64,000 bases of DNA, from contig CBFDEM010000042.1 in assembly GCA_965603825.1 (NCBI GenBank), positions 1-64,000 on the forward strand, in the 5' to 3' direction. Every line of letters begins with the position of its first letter. Position 1 is the stretch's first letter. The notes beneath the pieces are model-generated. The model saw only the letters and a program-made list of their open reading frames with translations, had not been told where the DNA came from and made no database searches. Positions 13,265 to 24,616 of the stretch are shown piece after piece. The position numbers and the translations under genes are program-made. Source of the DNA: Blepharisma stoltei ATCC 30299 (lineage: Eukaryota > Protista > Ciliophora).

Positions 13265-14074
13265 TTATTTCCTTGAACTCGCCATGCTACTCTGCCGTCA
13301 CAGTCTTCTTTTCCTACTCGAGCTATTCTCAAACATCCCAAACGAAACATCATACGGGCTTTCTTCTTCCCCCTTTTCATTTTCCGTCATTAATTTTTTA
13401 ATTCTTTCATACGCGTCCGCATTACTCTCACTTCTCTCCACTCCTCCTTCATATATCGAAATTTCTCCACTTTGTGGAAGTACTGTGCTTTCGCTGCCAT
13501 ACGATTCAGACTCGCTTGTATTACAATGTTTTTGGTATGCGTTTGTATTGAAATTCGGTGTCTTTAAATCTCGCCTTGTCATTCCTTCGCAGTTCCTTTG
13601 GGATTTTAATAATAAATCTTTTTCCATATTCGGTATTCTTATTTTTGTTTTCGGGGAGAAAGGAATTAGGCTCTTTCTTGAGGAAGTTTCTATTATAGGA
13701 GCCAAAAGATCATAAGCTGAGTTATTCCGGCTTAATGCAATTTTTGGTTTATTTGGGGTCCTGGAAGAAAGGCACGGGGACTGGATATTTAATTTAAGCT
13801 TGGAAGGCAGCGACATCTTGGGTGCTGGGAGATTGCAAATAGAGTTCCTAGAGGCGCTTTTTTTGGGAGGGCAAGAGGGGCGAAGAGTTGGGACGCCAAG
13901 ACCTGCTTGGCGCATGTTAAGGAATGGGTCTTTTACAGAAGAAGACTTCGAAAGAGTTTGAAACTCATTAGGAGAGTTAATTTCTGAAAAAGAATACTTA
14001 TGACTGCTCTGAATTGAGGTGTCTATATTTTTTGCTCGGATTTTGATTCTTGAATTGGAATGACTTTGTTTCAT
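13265..14074 (-). CDS. Hypothetical Ser/Pro/Lys-rich protein (269 aa)
   Basis: The ORF-track TGA at 13298-13300 read as Trp extends the protein (WRQSSMASSRK) to TAA 13265-13267. Confidence 0.7.
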
Positions 14075-14344
14075 TTTGAGGTTTTATTTAAATTATTTTC
14101 CCTTATTATCTTTGTGTTAGTTATTTACAATTAATTTGCAATGCTCTTTAATTGATCAGTATATATGCGAATTTTTATAAATTTATTATTCTGCTTAAAG
14201 CAATAAACGGACAGTTCAGTCTGTTAATATTTATTATTGTTGAAGGTAAAATTATAATAGATAATATCCATTAGAATTGAAATTTATATAATGACAAATT
14301 ATCAAAAATTATATCGAGGTAATAAAAATTACTTTATTGGACGA

Positions 14345-14677
14345 ATGTCTGATAAAAATGCTCGTTTGGTTGTAAAGAAAATTAAATTAAGCAATGGGTC
14401 AAGCGGGACTGAAGAAGGAAATAAGTACGCAAACAAAGATAGATGAGCCAGAAAACACAGAGAAAATTATAGATTTATTGTTGATATCGTCTGGATTGCG
14501 ATCATCTTTATGTTTGGTATTATAATGAGTGCCAAACTAGCGCTAGGCGCAATGATCTTATTTTGGGCGTACCATCATCAACTATTCAGAAGAAAGAAAT
14601 CAAAAGACAAATATTTTTACTATAAAACAACGTTAGAAACAGTGATGGAAGTGACTGATGAGTCAGACATAGAATAA
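14345..14677 (+). CDS. Small membrane protein with two TM helices (110 aa); missed by ORF track
   Basis: MSDKNARLVVKK...KDRW(TGA)ARKHRENYRFIVDIVWIAIIFMFGIIMSAKLALGAMILFWAYHHQLF...SDIE*. Confidence 0.65.
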
Positions 14678-15369
14678 TTAATGATAGAAATTGTGCTAAA
14701 TGTTGGGTATATAGGAAAACTAAATTTTAAACTAATTTAGCATCAATAAATGTGAACATTCAATTGATTATGATATGATTGATTTTTAATATGTAATCAT
14801 ACGTAGGATAGATATACTCAATGAAATGGCTTTAGATATATGATTCAAATTTAGTGAAATGAGAATTTTCTATTAATTTATGGGATTTTTCTGATGAATA
14901 AAACCAAAATTAATAAAATAGCCAAAATAATAGAACTAAGAAGTATATAGCTTTCATAGAAAAATAATTTATTAAGAACTAGAAAAAATAATTACTATAT
15001 ATGCTTTTTTTAATTGATAATAATTTGGAGCTATTCGGTGTTTATTTCACAATTTTTGATATTCCTGTTACTCACTATCAATAATCTAATTTTAGCTCTA
15101 TTAATAAATTGCTTATATTCCAAGCACTAAGATATTTATTTTATTCATCCTGAATTTTAATAAATATTGCCCTTATTTTTTAATAAAATCCAAAGATAAT
15201 TTAGAAAAGAATTTTCTTCATATCAAAAAACCCCCAAATATATTAATTAAATATTCAACAAAAGAGTAGCCTCTAATTACTTATGAAAAAAATTATAAGT
15301 TTTGCATCACCAAATACCAAGTAAATTTATTTGAAAAAATCATCCATATTCCATTTAATTCAATAAATT

Positions 15370-17112
15370 ATGGTGGAACGTATTAAAAGCCTCGTTATAA
15401 GATGTGAAAGTGTACGAAATCTTTCAATTTCTGAAGATAGCGTAAACGAAGTAAAAGAAATCTATGCTGTAAGTAAAGAAATAAGCAATAAGTTATATAG
15501 AAAACTTATCAGTCTCGTTTGGGATGTTGGAGACATTATTCTGTATCAGCAGCAGCTCAAAAAAGCTCGGGATTGGAAAAGCTGACACTCTGCTGCCGAA
15601 CAAATAGACAGGATTGAAGGCAAGGATGAGTGGAAAAAACGTGAGCAAAGCCCGCTTTATGACTATAGGCTCCTTCGTCGACGGCTGAAACTGATTCGCA
15701 GTCTTCGGCAGCAAGATGATATTCCAGCCTTGGTTCATCACCTTCGTTCAGGCCTTCTACGTGGATTAGGTGGAAGTTTAAATTCAACTTTATATACGAA
15801 AACTCTAGTAGATACCAAACAATTGATCGTGGAGTATCAAGATGAAGTTTCAAATGCCTTGCGACATGTTTTGCACTCCCCGAAATACCCACTTCTAGAG
15901 AAAGTGAAATTTTTTTCAGCATCAAGATATGCCTTTGGAAAAACTGCGCTCCTTATGAGCGGAGGCGGAGGCTTAGGACTTTACCATTTAGGAGTTGTCA
16001 AAGCTTTATACGACCAAGGACTACTGCCCAGAATTATATGCGGAACTTCAGCTGGCTCCATGGTCGCTTCATTTATTGGAACTACAAAATGAGAAGACAT
16101 TCCTAAATGGTTTGGAAAAGGAGCTTTAAAATACGGCCCTTTTGAAGGACTTGCTAAAGGCTCAGTTCAGCGAAAAATAAGAAGACTATTCAAACAAGGC
16201 CACCTTATGGACAGCAAAACACTTGAAGTCTTTTTAAGGGCAAATCTCGGAGAAGTCACCTTTGAAGAAGCTTATGAAGCAACAGGCATTATATTAAATA
16301 TAACTGTAAGCGAGTCTGGAAGTTTTGACGACTTCCGGCTGCTGAACTATTTAACAGCTCCTCACGTCTTAGTGTGAAGCGCTGCTTTGGCATCGTGTGC
16401 TATTCCTTTTGTATTCCAAAGCGTGGAGCTTAAATGTAAAGATTATAATGGCCAAACCGTCCCTTTCCACCCAAGCGGCCTGAAATTCATTGATGGGACT
16501 ATAAAAGCAGATTTGCCAACACAAAAGCTTGCAGAAATGTTTAATGTGAACGCTTTTATAGTTTCCCAAACAAACCCATGGGTGTTACCATTTTTGACAC
16601 CAGAGGACGGAGGCGGGACTTGGGGCGACAGCTTTAAATTCAAACTGTTTAAGGCTGTTAAAAGGCTGATTATGATGGAATTCAGACATAGAGTTCAGCA
16701 GTTGAATCTGTTGGATTTAAGCAGCACTTTGACGTGGTTTTTGAGTATTTTTACTCAGGAGTACAGAGGCCATGTGACGATTTGGCCAGTTCCTTCACTT
16801 AAAGACTATGTCAATATTTTGTCAAACCCAACGGATGAAGACATTCAAAGATGTGTGAGGAAAGGACAGTTAAGGACTTTCCCTAAGATTAATATGCTGA
16901 AATCGATAATGGTGATTGAGAAAACGTTTGAGTCCTGCTATCATGAGCTGAGAGACAGAATTCATGCCCAAGATCGACGATCAAGGTTTTCATTTGATGG
17001 GCAGCCTGAAGAAACCATGCTAAAAGAAAGCTTGTACCAAGCTGAGTTTGATATAATTCCTGACATCAAAGATGAATTCGAGCACGAAGAAGTCATCGTT
17101 GATGCCCAATAA
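15370..17112 (+). CDS. Patatin-like triacylglycerol lipase (SDP1/TGL3-5 family), 580 aa
   Basis: Three ORF pieces in one frame joined through TGA codons. Motifs: SGGGGLG oxyanion loop, GTSAG nucleophile elbow, LLNYLTAPHVLVW(TGA)SAALASCAIP, FIDG catalytic Asp, FNVNAFIVSQTNP. Confidence 0.93.
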
Positions 17113-17132
17113 CTAATAGATTATTCTTAAAT

Positions 17133-17966
17133 ATGGCTCAGTTTTTAGAACTTGAAAATTTGAAATTAAGAAGAGAGATCAAAGAACTTCAATCCGCTTT
17201 GCATGAAATAGGAAGAGAAGTGTCATATGACAAACCTCGAAAAGACTACGAAAAATTACATAGGAGAAGGGAAAGGTTGAAAAGAGAAATCGCAGAAAAA
17301 GTAAACAAAGGAATTTACGAGCCGCCTAAATCACCAGAATTGTATGAAAAACCAAAGAAATTTGAAGAAAATTTTGAAAATGAAGAAGACTCTGATTATT
17401 TGAAAAGCTATGAAAGTGACAGGACTTTGAAAGAAGATGAATTAAAAAGAAATGACTCGTTGCAGCTGGAATTTTTGAAGCTAAAAGCTTCAGTAGAACA
17501 AATTAATCAGTCAATAGAAAATCTGCAAGAAAATTCATTGAGAAAAAGCTCGAAAAAGCTAAAAGACTCGTTTGGGTCTTATTATTCAGATGAAAAGGGA
17601 GAACTTGAAAATGATGAAGTAATCGTTGACACAAAAACTTCAAAAAGGCTTGTAAATGTACTTTGCCAAGAAATTGAAGCTTTAAGAGCTGAAAACAGTG
17701 AGCTGAAATTACAGATGAGAAAAGTTTCAAAATCCCCTAAAAGGAAGAGAATTGAAGAAAAAAAGCCTATGAAATTCAACAGGTGACAAAGCGCCACAAG
17801 AGGCAGCTTAAAATCTCCAATGAAAATCAAAGATACAACACTAGTTTTTGAGTGCGCCCAAAATAGGCTTCATAATTGTTCTGCTTGCGACCTGCTGCTT
17901 TCTCATGGATACTCTACGAAGTGCTGCTCATCACATGGGATCACTTGTAAAAATTTTCAAAAATAA
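17133..17966 (+). CDS. Coiled-coil protein with C-terminal Cys/His cluster (277 aa)
   Basis: Read-through of TGA 17784 gives ...HNCSACDLLLSHGYSTKCCSSHGITCKNFQK*, TAA at 17964-17966. Confidence 0.75.
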
Positions 17967-17991
17967 TATTTAAATTTGTACTCAAAGTTTT

Positions 17992-18357
17992 TTAATTATT
18001 GTAAAAAGCAACATTTTGGAATCTTGGCATGTGTCTTTTGTACTCAAACTCTCGATATTGATGCTCCGCAAGTCTGGGATCTGCAATTCCGGTTTGTGGG
18101 TCAGTCCCAATTGGACGTCTGAAAAGCAGAACATGTGGCTCTGGAGGATGGGCGCCATAGTGCTGCCAGCCCTTTGTCATTTGGACTCCTTCAGATCTCC
18201 ATTCATCTTCTGATAGCAGTCCTCTCTTCCTGAACTCCTTGCCCTTTTTCTTCGGAAAAATGACTTGTCTGTACTCCCAAACTGAGTCATAGTATTTTTC
18301 AGAGTATTCGATTTTGTCGTTTTCTTTATCTTCTTTCTCTTTAATAACCTTAATCAT
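17992..18357 (-). CDS. CKS1: Cyclin-dependent kinase regulatory subunit (Cks1/Suc1)
   Basis: IEYSEKYYD..EYRQV, LLSEDEWR..GVQMTKGWQHY..HPPEPHVLLFRRP is the CKS signature. Confidence 0.95.
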   Translation of the reverse strand: MIKVIKEKEDKENDKIEYSEKYYDSVWEYRQVIFPKKKGKEFRKRGLLSEDEWRSEGVQMTKGWQHYGAHPPEPHVLLFRRPIGTDPQTGIADPRLAEHQYREFEYKRHMPRFQNVAFYNN

Positions 18358-18819
18358 TATTATTTAGTATTTTCACCGCGCTTTTATAGACATCACTTCT
18401 TCAAACGAAGATTTGCTTCAAATTATTTTGATAAGAAAACATGGTGTTTTAGAATTAGATATCAAAATTTGTTGAAATAAATGCAATAAAAAGGCTGAAA
18501 GGCTGATAGTCTTTAGATTTAGCATAGTAAACCGATTATTTATCTTTCTCGATAGAATTCAATAAGCATTTTAAGAGCTAATTTTATCAATATATAAGTA
18601 AAAAGCCCATACTTATAAAAATATGCATCGGCTATATATAGCGTTTGATTATTTGGCTTTGGTTAAAGCAACTTTAAAGATCGACTTAAAAAATAAATGA
18701 GTATTAGCTTCATCATAAGTGGAGATATAAGTAGTATAATCATAAAAGCTTTATTTTAAAGTTAATTATAAATTATCAATAAATAGGCATTCTTTACCTT
18801 TTGTCTCTAAATAAATAAA

Positions 18820-19468
18820 ATGGCCTCAAATGATCAACAGCCAGATGCTCTCTATAAACTCCTCATAATTGGTGACTCTGGTGTTGGAAAATCTTGCTTT
18901 CTCTTGCAATTCACTGAAGGCGACTTTAAGGAAGATCACAATGTTACTATAGGAGTCGAGTATGGCGCTAAAACTCTCAAAGTCGAAGAAAAGAATATAA
19001 AACTCCAAATTTGGGACACAGCAGGGCAAGAATCCTTTAGGGCCATTACTCGCTCTTTTTATAGGAACGCGCATGGAGTGGTTCTAATGTATGATTTAAC
19101 TCGCTTAGAAAGCTACGAAAACCTTTATGATTGGCTTAGAGAAATTAAGCAAAATTCTGACCCTGATGTCGTCATATATCTTGTAGGAAATATGCTTGAT
19201 CTAGCTGAAGACGAAAGAGAAGTGCAGACTGACCAAGCACAAGCGTTTGCAGAAGAAAATAAGCTTGATGGCTTTACAGAAGCTTCAGCCAAGACAGCTG
19301 AACATGTTGCAGAGGTAATGCATAACTAGGGTTTTTCAAAAAATTGGGGAAGTATTGTACAAAAAATCAGTGGAAAAACAAGCAAGGGAACAAAAAGCTA
19401 TATCACCTCCACCTCCGATCATAGTGCGGCCAACAACACAACCAGAGAAGAAAAAGTCTTGCTGCTAA
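18820..19468 (+). CDS. Rab GTPase (Rab2/4/14-like) with C-terminal CC prenylation motif; one micro-intron near 19315
   Basis: GDSGVGKS, TIGVEYG, WDTAGQESFRAITRSFYR, EASAKT. The downstream exon VFQKIGEVLYKK...KKKSCC* (TAA 19466-19468) requires removal of 16 nt at 19314/5-19329/30. Confidence 0.9.
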
Positions 19469-19685
19469 ATAGACTAACATTTAAATCTTTGGTAAATGTT
19501 TTAACTCAAAAAGATATTGAGGCGTCTAGTCTAGACACCCTTTTCAAAATTTTTATAAAGCCAATCTGAAATAGTTATAATCTTTTATTATCTAAATAGC
19601 TTAGAGCAATTTTTTAGCTTAATGATAAGCGAAATATTAGTCAATAAATCAAAAATTATTTGGGAAAATTATAATGTTTAGTAAA

Positions 19686-20393
19686 TTAATGCTTTTGATT
19701 ATTTAAACTCTCTCCTTTGACAAGTGCTGGGTTATTTGGAGAATAAAACCTATACACATCTTCATCAGCATCAATCGTTTCTACAGTCATTTCATTATTG
19801 ATATGAGGAAAAGACTCTTTTTGGGCTTTAGCAGGCTCTCTTTGGGCTTTTACAGGCTGGTTGTTTTCTTCAACTTTTTTCTCTTCTTTTCCAAAAATTT
19901 TTTTAACTTTAGCTTTAAATCTCTGTCCGAAAGGTGTTTTTTTAGGCTTTTTCTGTTTTTCTTGTTTATTTGCTTCAAGGATTGACTCTTCAATAATTTG
20001 CTGCAGTTTTCTTTCTTGCTCTATCGGATCTAGATACTCTTCTTGTTCCTGATTGGGAATGTCTTCTTCTGAATCGGGATCCCCAAGCTCTAAAAAATCG
20101 TCGTTTAAAACAACATTTGGCTCTTGATGAACTTTAGGAGGTTCTGAGGCAGCTTTTTTAAGCTGGGGAGCTTGGATTGGAGGTGGCAGATTTGGTGCGT
20201 TTATAATTGGAGGATCAGGCTCATTAGATAGACTGCTTTTACTGTAGGATTCTTCATCTAATCTTAACAAATAATCTGTTGCTTTATTGACACTGCCTTC
20301 ACAGCTTTCAAGAATCGATTCTATAATTTCAGCGTCCAGTTGAGGGAACATTGATGTGAGATAATCAACTTGTTTCTTGTATGGAGATTCCAT
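19686..20393 (-). CDS. CUE-domain ubiquitin-binding protein (235 aa)
   Basis: N-terminal VDYLTSMFPQLDAEIIESILESCEGSVNKATDYLL has the CUE MFP and LL motifs. Confidence 0.85.
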   Translation of the reverse strand: MESPYKKQVDYLTSMFPQLDAEIIESILESCEGSVNKATDYLLRLDEESYSKSSLSNEPDPPIINAPNLPPPIQAPQLKKAASEPPKVHQEPNVVLNDDFLELGDPDSEEDIPNQEQEEYLDPIEQERKLQQIIEESILEANKQEKQKKPKKTPFGQRFKAKVKKIFGKEEKKVEENNQPVKAQREPAKAQKESFPHINNEMTVETIDADEDVYRFYSPNNPALVKGESLNNQKH

Positions 20394-20757
20394 TTTATTA
20401 TAGCAGAAATGGAAATTAATTTAGGATATAATATATTTCAAATTAAAAATTTATGATGTCAATAAATATTCTTAGCGAATTAATGCTATTCTGTAAAGGG
20501 AAAGTGCCTGATAATTATAGGTATATTTTCTTTATGTTTTAATAAGATTTGGTAAGCCAATTAAAAGCTATTTCAGTGATTTGTAAAAATATAGATAAAA
20601 GAATTATTATGATTTCTTTTGAAAATAAGCGTTTAATTTTATTAAATGAGTGATAAAGTAGCAGATGGCAATATTTATAAATGGATTTATTATCTAAAAT
20701 TTGAATTTTATATCCTATGCTCAATATTAATTCTTACAAATTTTGAGACTTAATTAA

Positions 20758-21474
20758 ATGAATTTTATTAACTCGGATATAATTGAAGAGGAGCCATTAC
20801 CTGCTCCAGTCCCTTCGCCAAAGCCTTTACTTGAAGAATTTGGCACAAAAATTAAACAAATGCATTTAAAAAGCTTAAAAAAAGAAAGAAACATCAAAAA
20901 AGTTAAAGGGCATTTCGAAAATCAAATGAGTCCAGATACCTTATCAAAATTAAATAGGATCCAAAAGCAGCTCGCCCACAAACGAAACTCAAGCTCAGAC
21001 ATTACCGATGACCTAGAAAACATAACAAAGGTCTTTAGTAGCCCAGCTGGAAGGTTTGAAGAAAATGAAAAATGGGGAGAAGGTATTGACGAAGGCAAAT
21101 TGGAAATACAAAAACCAAGATCCATTAATATTTCAATCAGTCTAAGTAGGATCAATTCAAATTCAATGATCATTTTGAATGAAGATCTAGGGAAGAACTA
21201 CAGGTTTAAAAGAAATCCAATTAAGTTATCGATGATGGCACACAATATAAGAGAAAAGTTACTGAAGCCAGGCGAAGAATCAAAAATAAAAAGTATTTCA
21301 ATTTGACCAGACCAGACGCCACTTAAAATTATTAAACACAAATACACAAAAACTCATCATACAGCAAGAGATATAGCAAGCCCTATTGCTAAAGGAAAAT
21401 TAACAGCAAAAATGATAATGAAGCAGAAAAGGGATTGGTCGAGGTCTGCACTTGATAATGTATGCATATTATAA
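20758..21474 (+). CDS. Hypothetical basic protein (238 aa)
   Basis: The ORF continues through TGA 21304 (Trp) to TAA 21472-21474. Confidence 0.7.
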
Positions 21475-21581
21475 TCGTAATTAATAATTATTAACCTAAT
21501 GCAGCAGTTTATATTTATAGTATCACAGTTTTAAAAGAAATTGGATTTTTGAATAATAGGCAAAAAATAAGAAAAGGCGGT

Positions 21582-21656
21582 GTCAGAGGCCAGGACTCGA
21601 ACCTGGGACCTATCGGCCTGAACGACAATATGCTCTACCAACTGAGCTACCTCTGA
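21582..21656 (-). ncRNA. tRNA-like gene A (75 nt) with aberrant anticodon arm
   Basis: TCAGAGG-TA-GCTC-AGTTGGTA-GAGC-ATATTGTCGTTCAGGCCGATA-GGTC-CCAGG-TTCGAGT-CCTGG-CCTCTGA-C. Perfect acceptor, D and T arms, intact A and B boxes, downstream T-run terminator. The anticodon region is 2-3 nt too long. Confidence 0.85.
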
Positions 21657-21723
21657 TATCAAAGATTAATAATTCAAGATGAATTTATTTATAAAATCTC
21701 ACCAAATAAAAAATGCAAAAGGG

Positions 21724-21795
21724 GTCAGAGGCTGGGTTTCGATCCCAGTTTTCCGGGTCCGAAATTCCGGCGTGCATCCATTATACTACCTCTGA
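21724..21795 (-). ncRNA. tRNA-like gene B (72 nt) with aberrant anticodon arm and initiator-type T loop
   Basis: TCAGAGG-TA-GTAT-AATGGAT-GCAC-G-CCGG-AATTTCGGAC-CCGG-AAAA-CTGGG-ATCGAAA-CCCAG-CCTCTGA-C followed by CCCTTTT. Acceptor stem identical to gene A. Confidence 0.8.
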
Positions 21796-22177
21796 ATGTG
21801 TATTTTTAGCTTTAAGGACTTAATTTAGATGTAGATAATTTGCATATCATCATTAGCATTTAATAAAAAATCATATCTTTTATATCTATTATTTTATAAT
21901 TATTTCAATCTTGACTGCTTTCTTCATTATTTATTATATTTTTTTTAATAATTCTTTATTTAGCCTTTATATAATAAAATGTATTAGCTCTAGTCACAAA
22001 AATACTCCCATTCTTAAGCCAGAGGCAATTATGACTAGAATTGCAAATTTAGGTTCTCTTTTAAAATTTTTTATATATGGCTATGATAATTTTCATTATT
22101 ACCTAAGATTAGCTGCTTCTTTTTGATAAAACAATTATTTGATGAATAACGACCAATTTTTAATGAAACTTATTAAA

Positions 22178-23857
22178 ATGTCCAGCCTTGAAAACCTTAA
22201 ATCTCAAGGACCCTCAGAAATAGAAGGCATCCAATCCCTTCTTCAAGTAGCTGAAGGTAAATCCTAAAAAGAGCTTTTGTTTTCATTTCCCCTCCCAACA
22301 GAAATCGTCACAAAATACGACACAATGCGCAGCAAATATTTCCAAAAACTAGGAATTTCGTCCTCATCTTCCCACATTTGAAAGCTCCAGCGAGATGCTC
22401 ATGCTAAAAGTCGCTCCAAAAGTCCAATTCCTGATAGAAACACAAAATCTTTTGACTCAATAAAAATTGAGCTAGAGTCCCGAATTGACAAAAGCTATTT
22501 ACTAATCTCGAAATATAAAAAATTAGTAGAAGATGTGATGTATTACCAAGATAAACTAAATCTGCAAGCAGGGTTGATTGCAGAAAGATCGAATAGGCCC
22601 AGAAGCCAAAGTCCGTTAAAATCAAGCCTGGGATCGAACCAATATGACCAAACTTTGAGGGTTTTTGACTTAGGAAGCTCTTCGTTACAAAAATACCAAA
22701 TCATTGAGAGCGAAGAAGAGTCAAGTTTTGAGGCTTTAAAGCAGCAATTTAATGAAAAAAGTAGACAATCGTTTATTATTATGGATGATGTACGAAATCT
22801 ATTTGCGAAACAGGTAGCTACTATTTCTGGATATGAAGATAGTATTAAAAAATTATCGAAAAGAGAGAACTCTGATAGAGAAGACTTCGAAAATAAGTTT
22901 AACCTGCTAGCATTGAAATATAACCAAACTAAGGAAGAATATGAGGTTAAAATCAAACAATTAAGAGAAGAAGCATATAGCACAAGACAAAATTACTTAG
23001 AAGAAGCAAGAAAATCGCACATAAAAGATATTGAAAAACTAATGCAAGAACGAGACCAATATAAAGAAAAAGCTGAGCAGCTTCAACAGCAATACGACAG
23101 TGTGAAATTTTCGTTAATGGAAGAAATCAATCGAATCAATTACTCATATTCCAAGGAAATCGAAACCTTAACACAAAAATGTACCCACGAAATCAAAGAC
23201 AACGACAGTGCCTATCAATCAGAAATAAACGCACTAAAAAATAAGCAAAAAATCCGCGAAGAAGAGCTCCTGCATAAGCTTGAATCAATTGCAGAAGAAG
23301 ATGCCAAAACTATTCAAGCGCTCAGAGAAAGCTTAGACAATCACATTCGGTCAGAAGAAGAATTAAAAACTATGATCCGGACTATAGGTGAAATCTCTCA
23401 TGGGATTTATTGAAAATATGGACGCAGTGATGAAGAGCAGGCAAATAGAAGAGAAAATATATATGAAAAATTCTCCTATTATGGAGTTTGTGAGTTTACC
23501 GATGTGCTTGTAGAAATTGACTATTTAGGCTATTTAATTGGCAAGCTAAGCACAGATAATAACTGGCTTGTGGATAGACTAGGAGATTTTGGGAAAGAAA
23601 ATGACACGCTAAAAGCTGCTATATACTCAAAAACTCCAACCCCTAAGAAAATTAGGGAAGATGCTCATAGGAAAACCCATTCAGAGCTGAAATCTACAAG
23701 CAAGGCTATGAAAGAGTTTGAAGACGCAAGAGATAAACTGATAGAAAAAATGAATATTTCTGAAGGACCAAGAAAAGAACCGTCTAGTGTTACAAAATTG
23801 TATAAAAAATATATTGGAGATAGAGGAAGGTCACAAAGTTTTGTTAGAGGAGAGTAA
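22178..23857 (+). CDS. Long coiled-coil protein (~554 aa); one 15-nt intron (22257-22271)
   Basis: ATG 22178. Intron gtaaatcctaaaaag contains an in-frame TAA. Two TGA=Trp codons join the ORF pieces at 22535 and 23504. Confidence 0.8.
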
Positions 23858-24616
23858 AAATAAATTTCTATCTTAAACTGATTAAATGTAAAATCTATAT
23901 GCGCAAGCTTACTTCTCGGTGATTTAAGAATAGTTAAATTTTTCGTTGGAATAAAGCTAAATGGCTATTGCTTAAATGAATTCTGAATTTTTATTATAAC
24001 AATGAAAAATTCATATAAGTATTTTAGAAGATTATATCGATAAAATGGCTTAGAATTTTGAAAGTTTTTTTTTCAACAGTCGGTTATAGAATCTGTAAGT
24101 AAAAACCTCTACTTTATCTAAGCTATAAGCTGTTACTTTAATTCTTTCCGTCTTATTCTTAATCTCAGAAAATGCTTATTTTACAAATTTTCGAATTTCA
24201 TTTTATGGCTTTTATTTTCACGATTTCTTCACAAATAGCATTAAGAAATGCATACAATAATTTAATTAACCATCAAAGAATTTATTTAGATCCGAAAAAT
24301 TATTTTTTATAAACCAGATAATACATTTGCTTATATTTTTCTTTATCTATTAAATTACTTAAGTAATAATTGAGCCCTTTATAATTACAAAATCTTATCC
24401 TAATTTTGATTTCAAGCTCTCACAGCTATTTTCTCTTCAAAATAGAATTAAAAAAACAATCCATCAGATATGTCAAATTAAAATATTAACGCATAAAAAC
24501 CTAAAAATTTAATAAATCTAATAACTTTTATCTGAACAAGTGCTGGTCCATTTAAAATTATTAGAGTAAAGATGAATTTTAATCGGCAAACGAATGGCGC
24601 ATAGTGAATTCTAAAT

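Noticed and set aside
13047-13715. 222-aa plus-strand ORF
   Set aside because: GTG start; it runs through AT-rich intergenic DNA and antisense to the 13265-14074 gene.
21460-21474. CaaX motif at the end of the 20758 gene (…NVCIL)
   Set aside because: Cys is third, not fourth, from the C-terminus.
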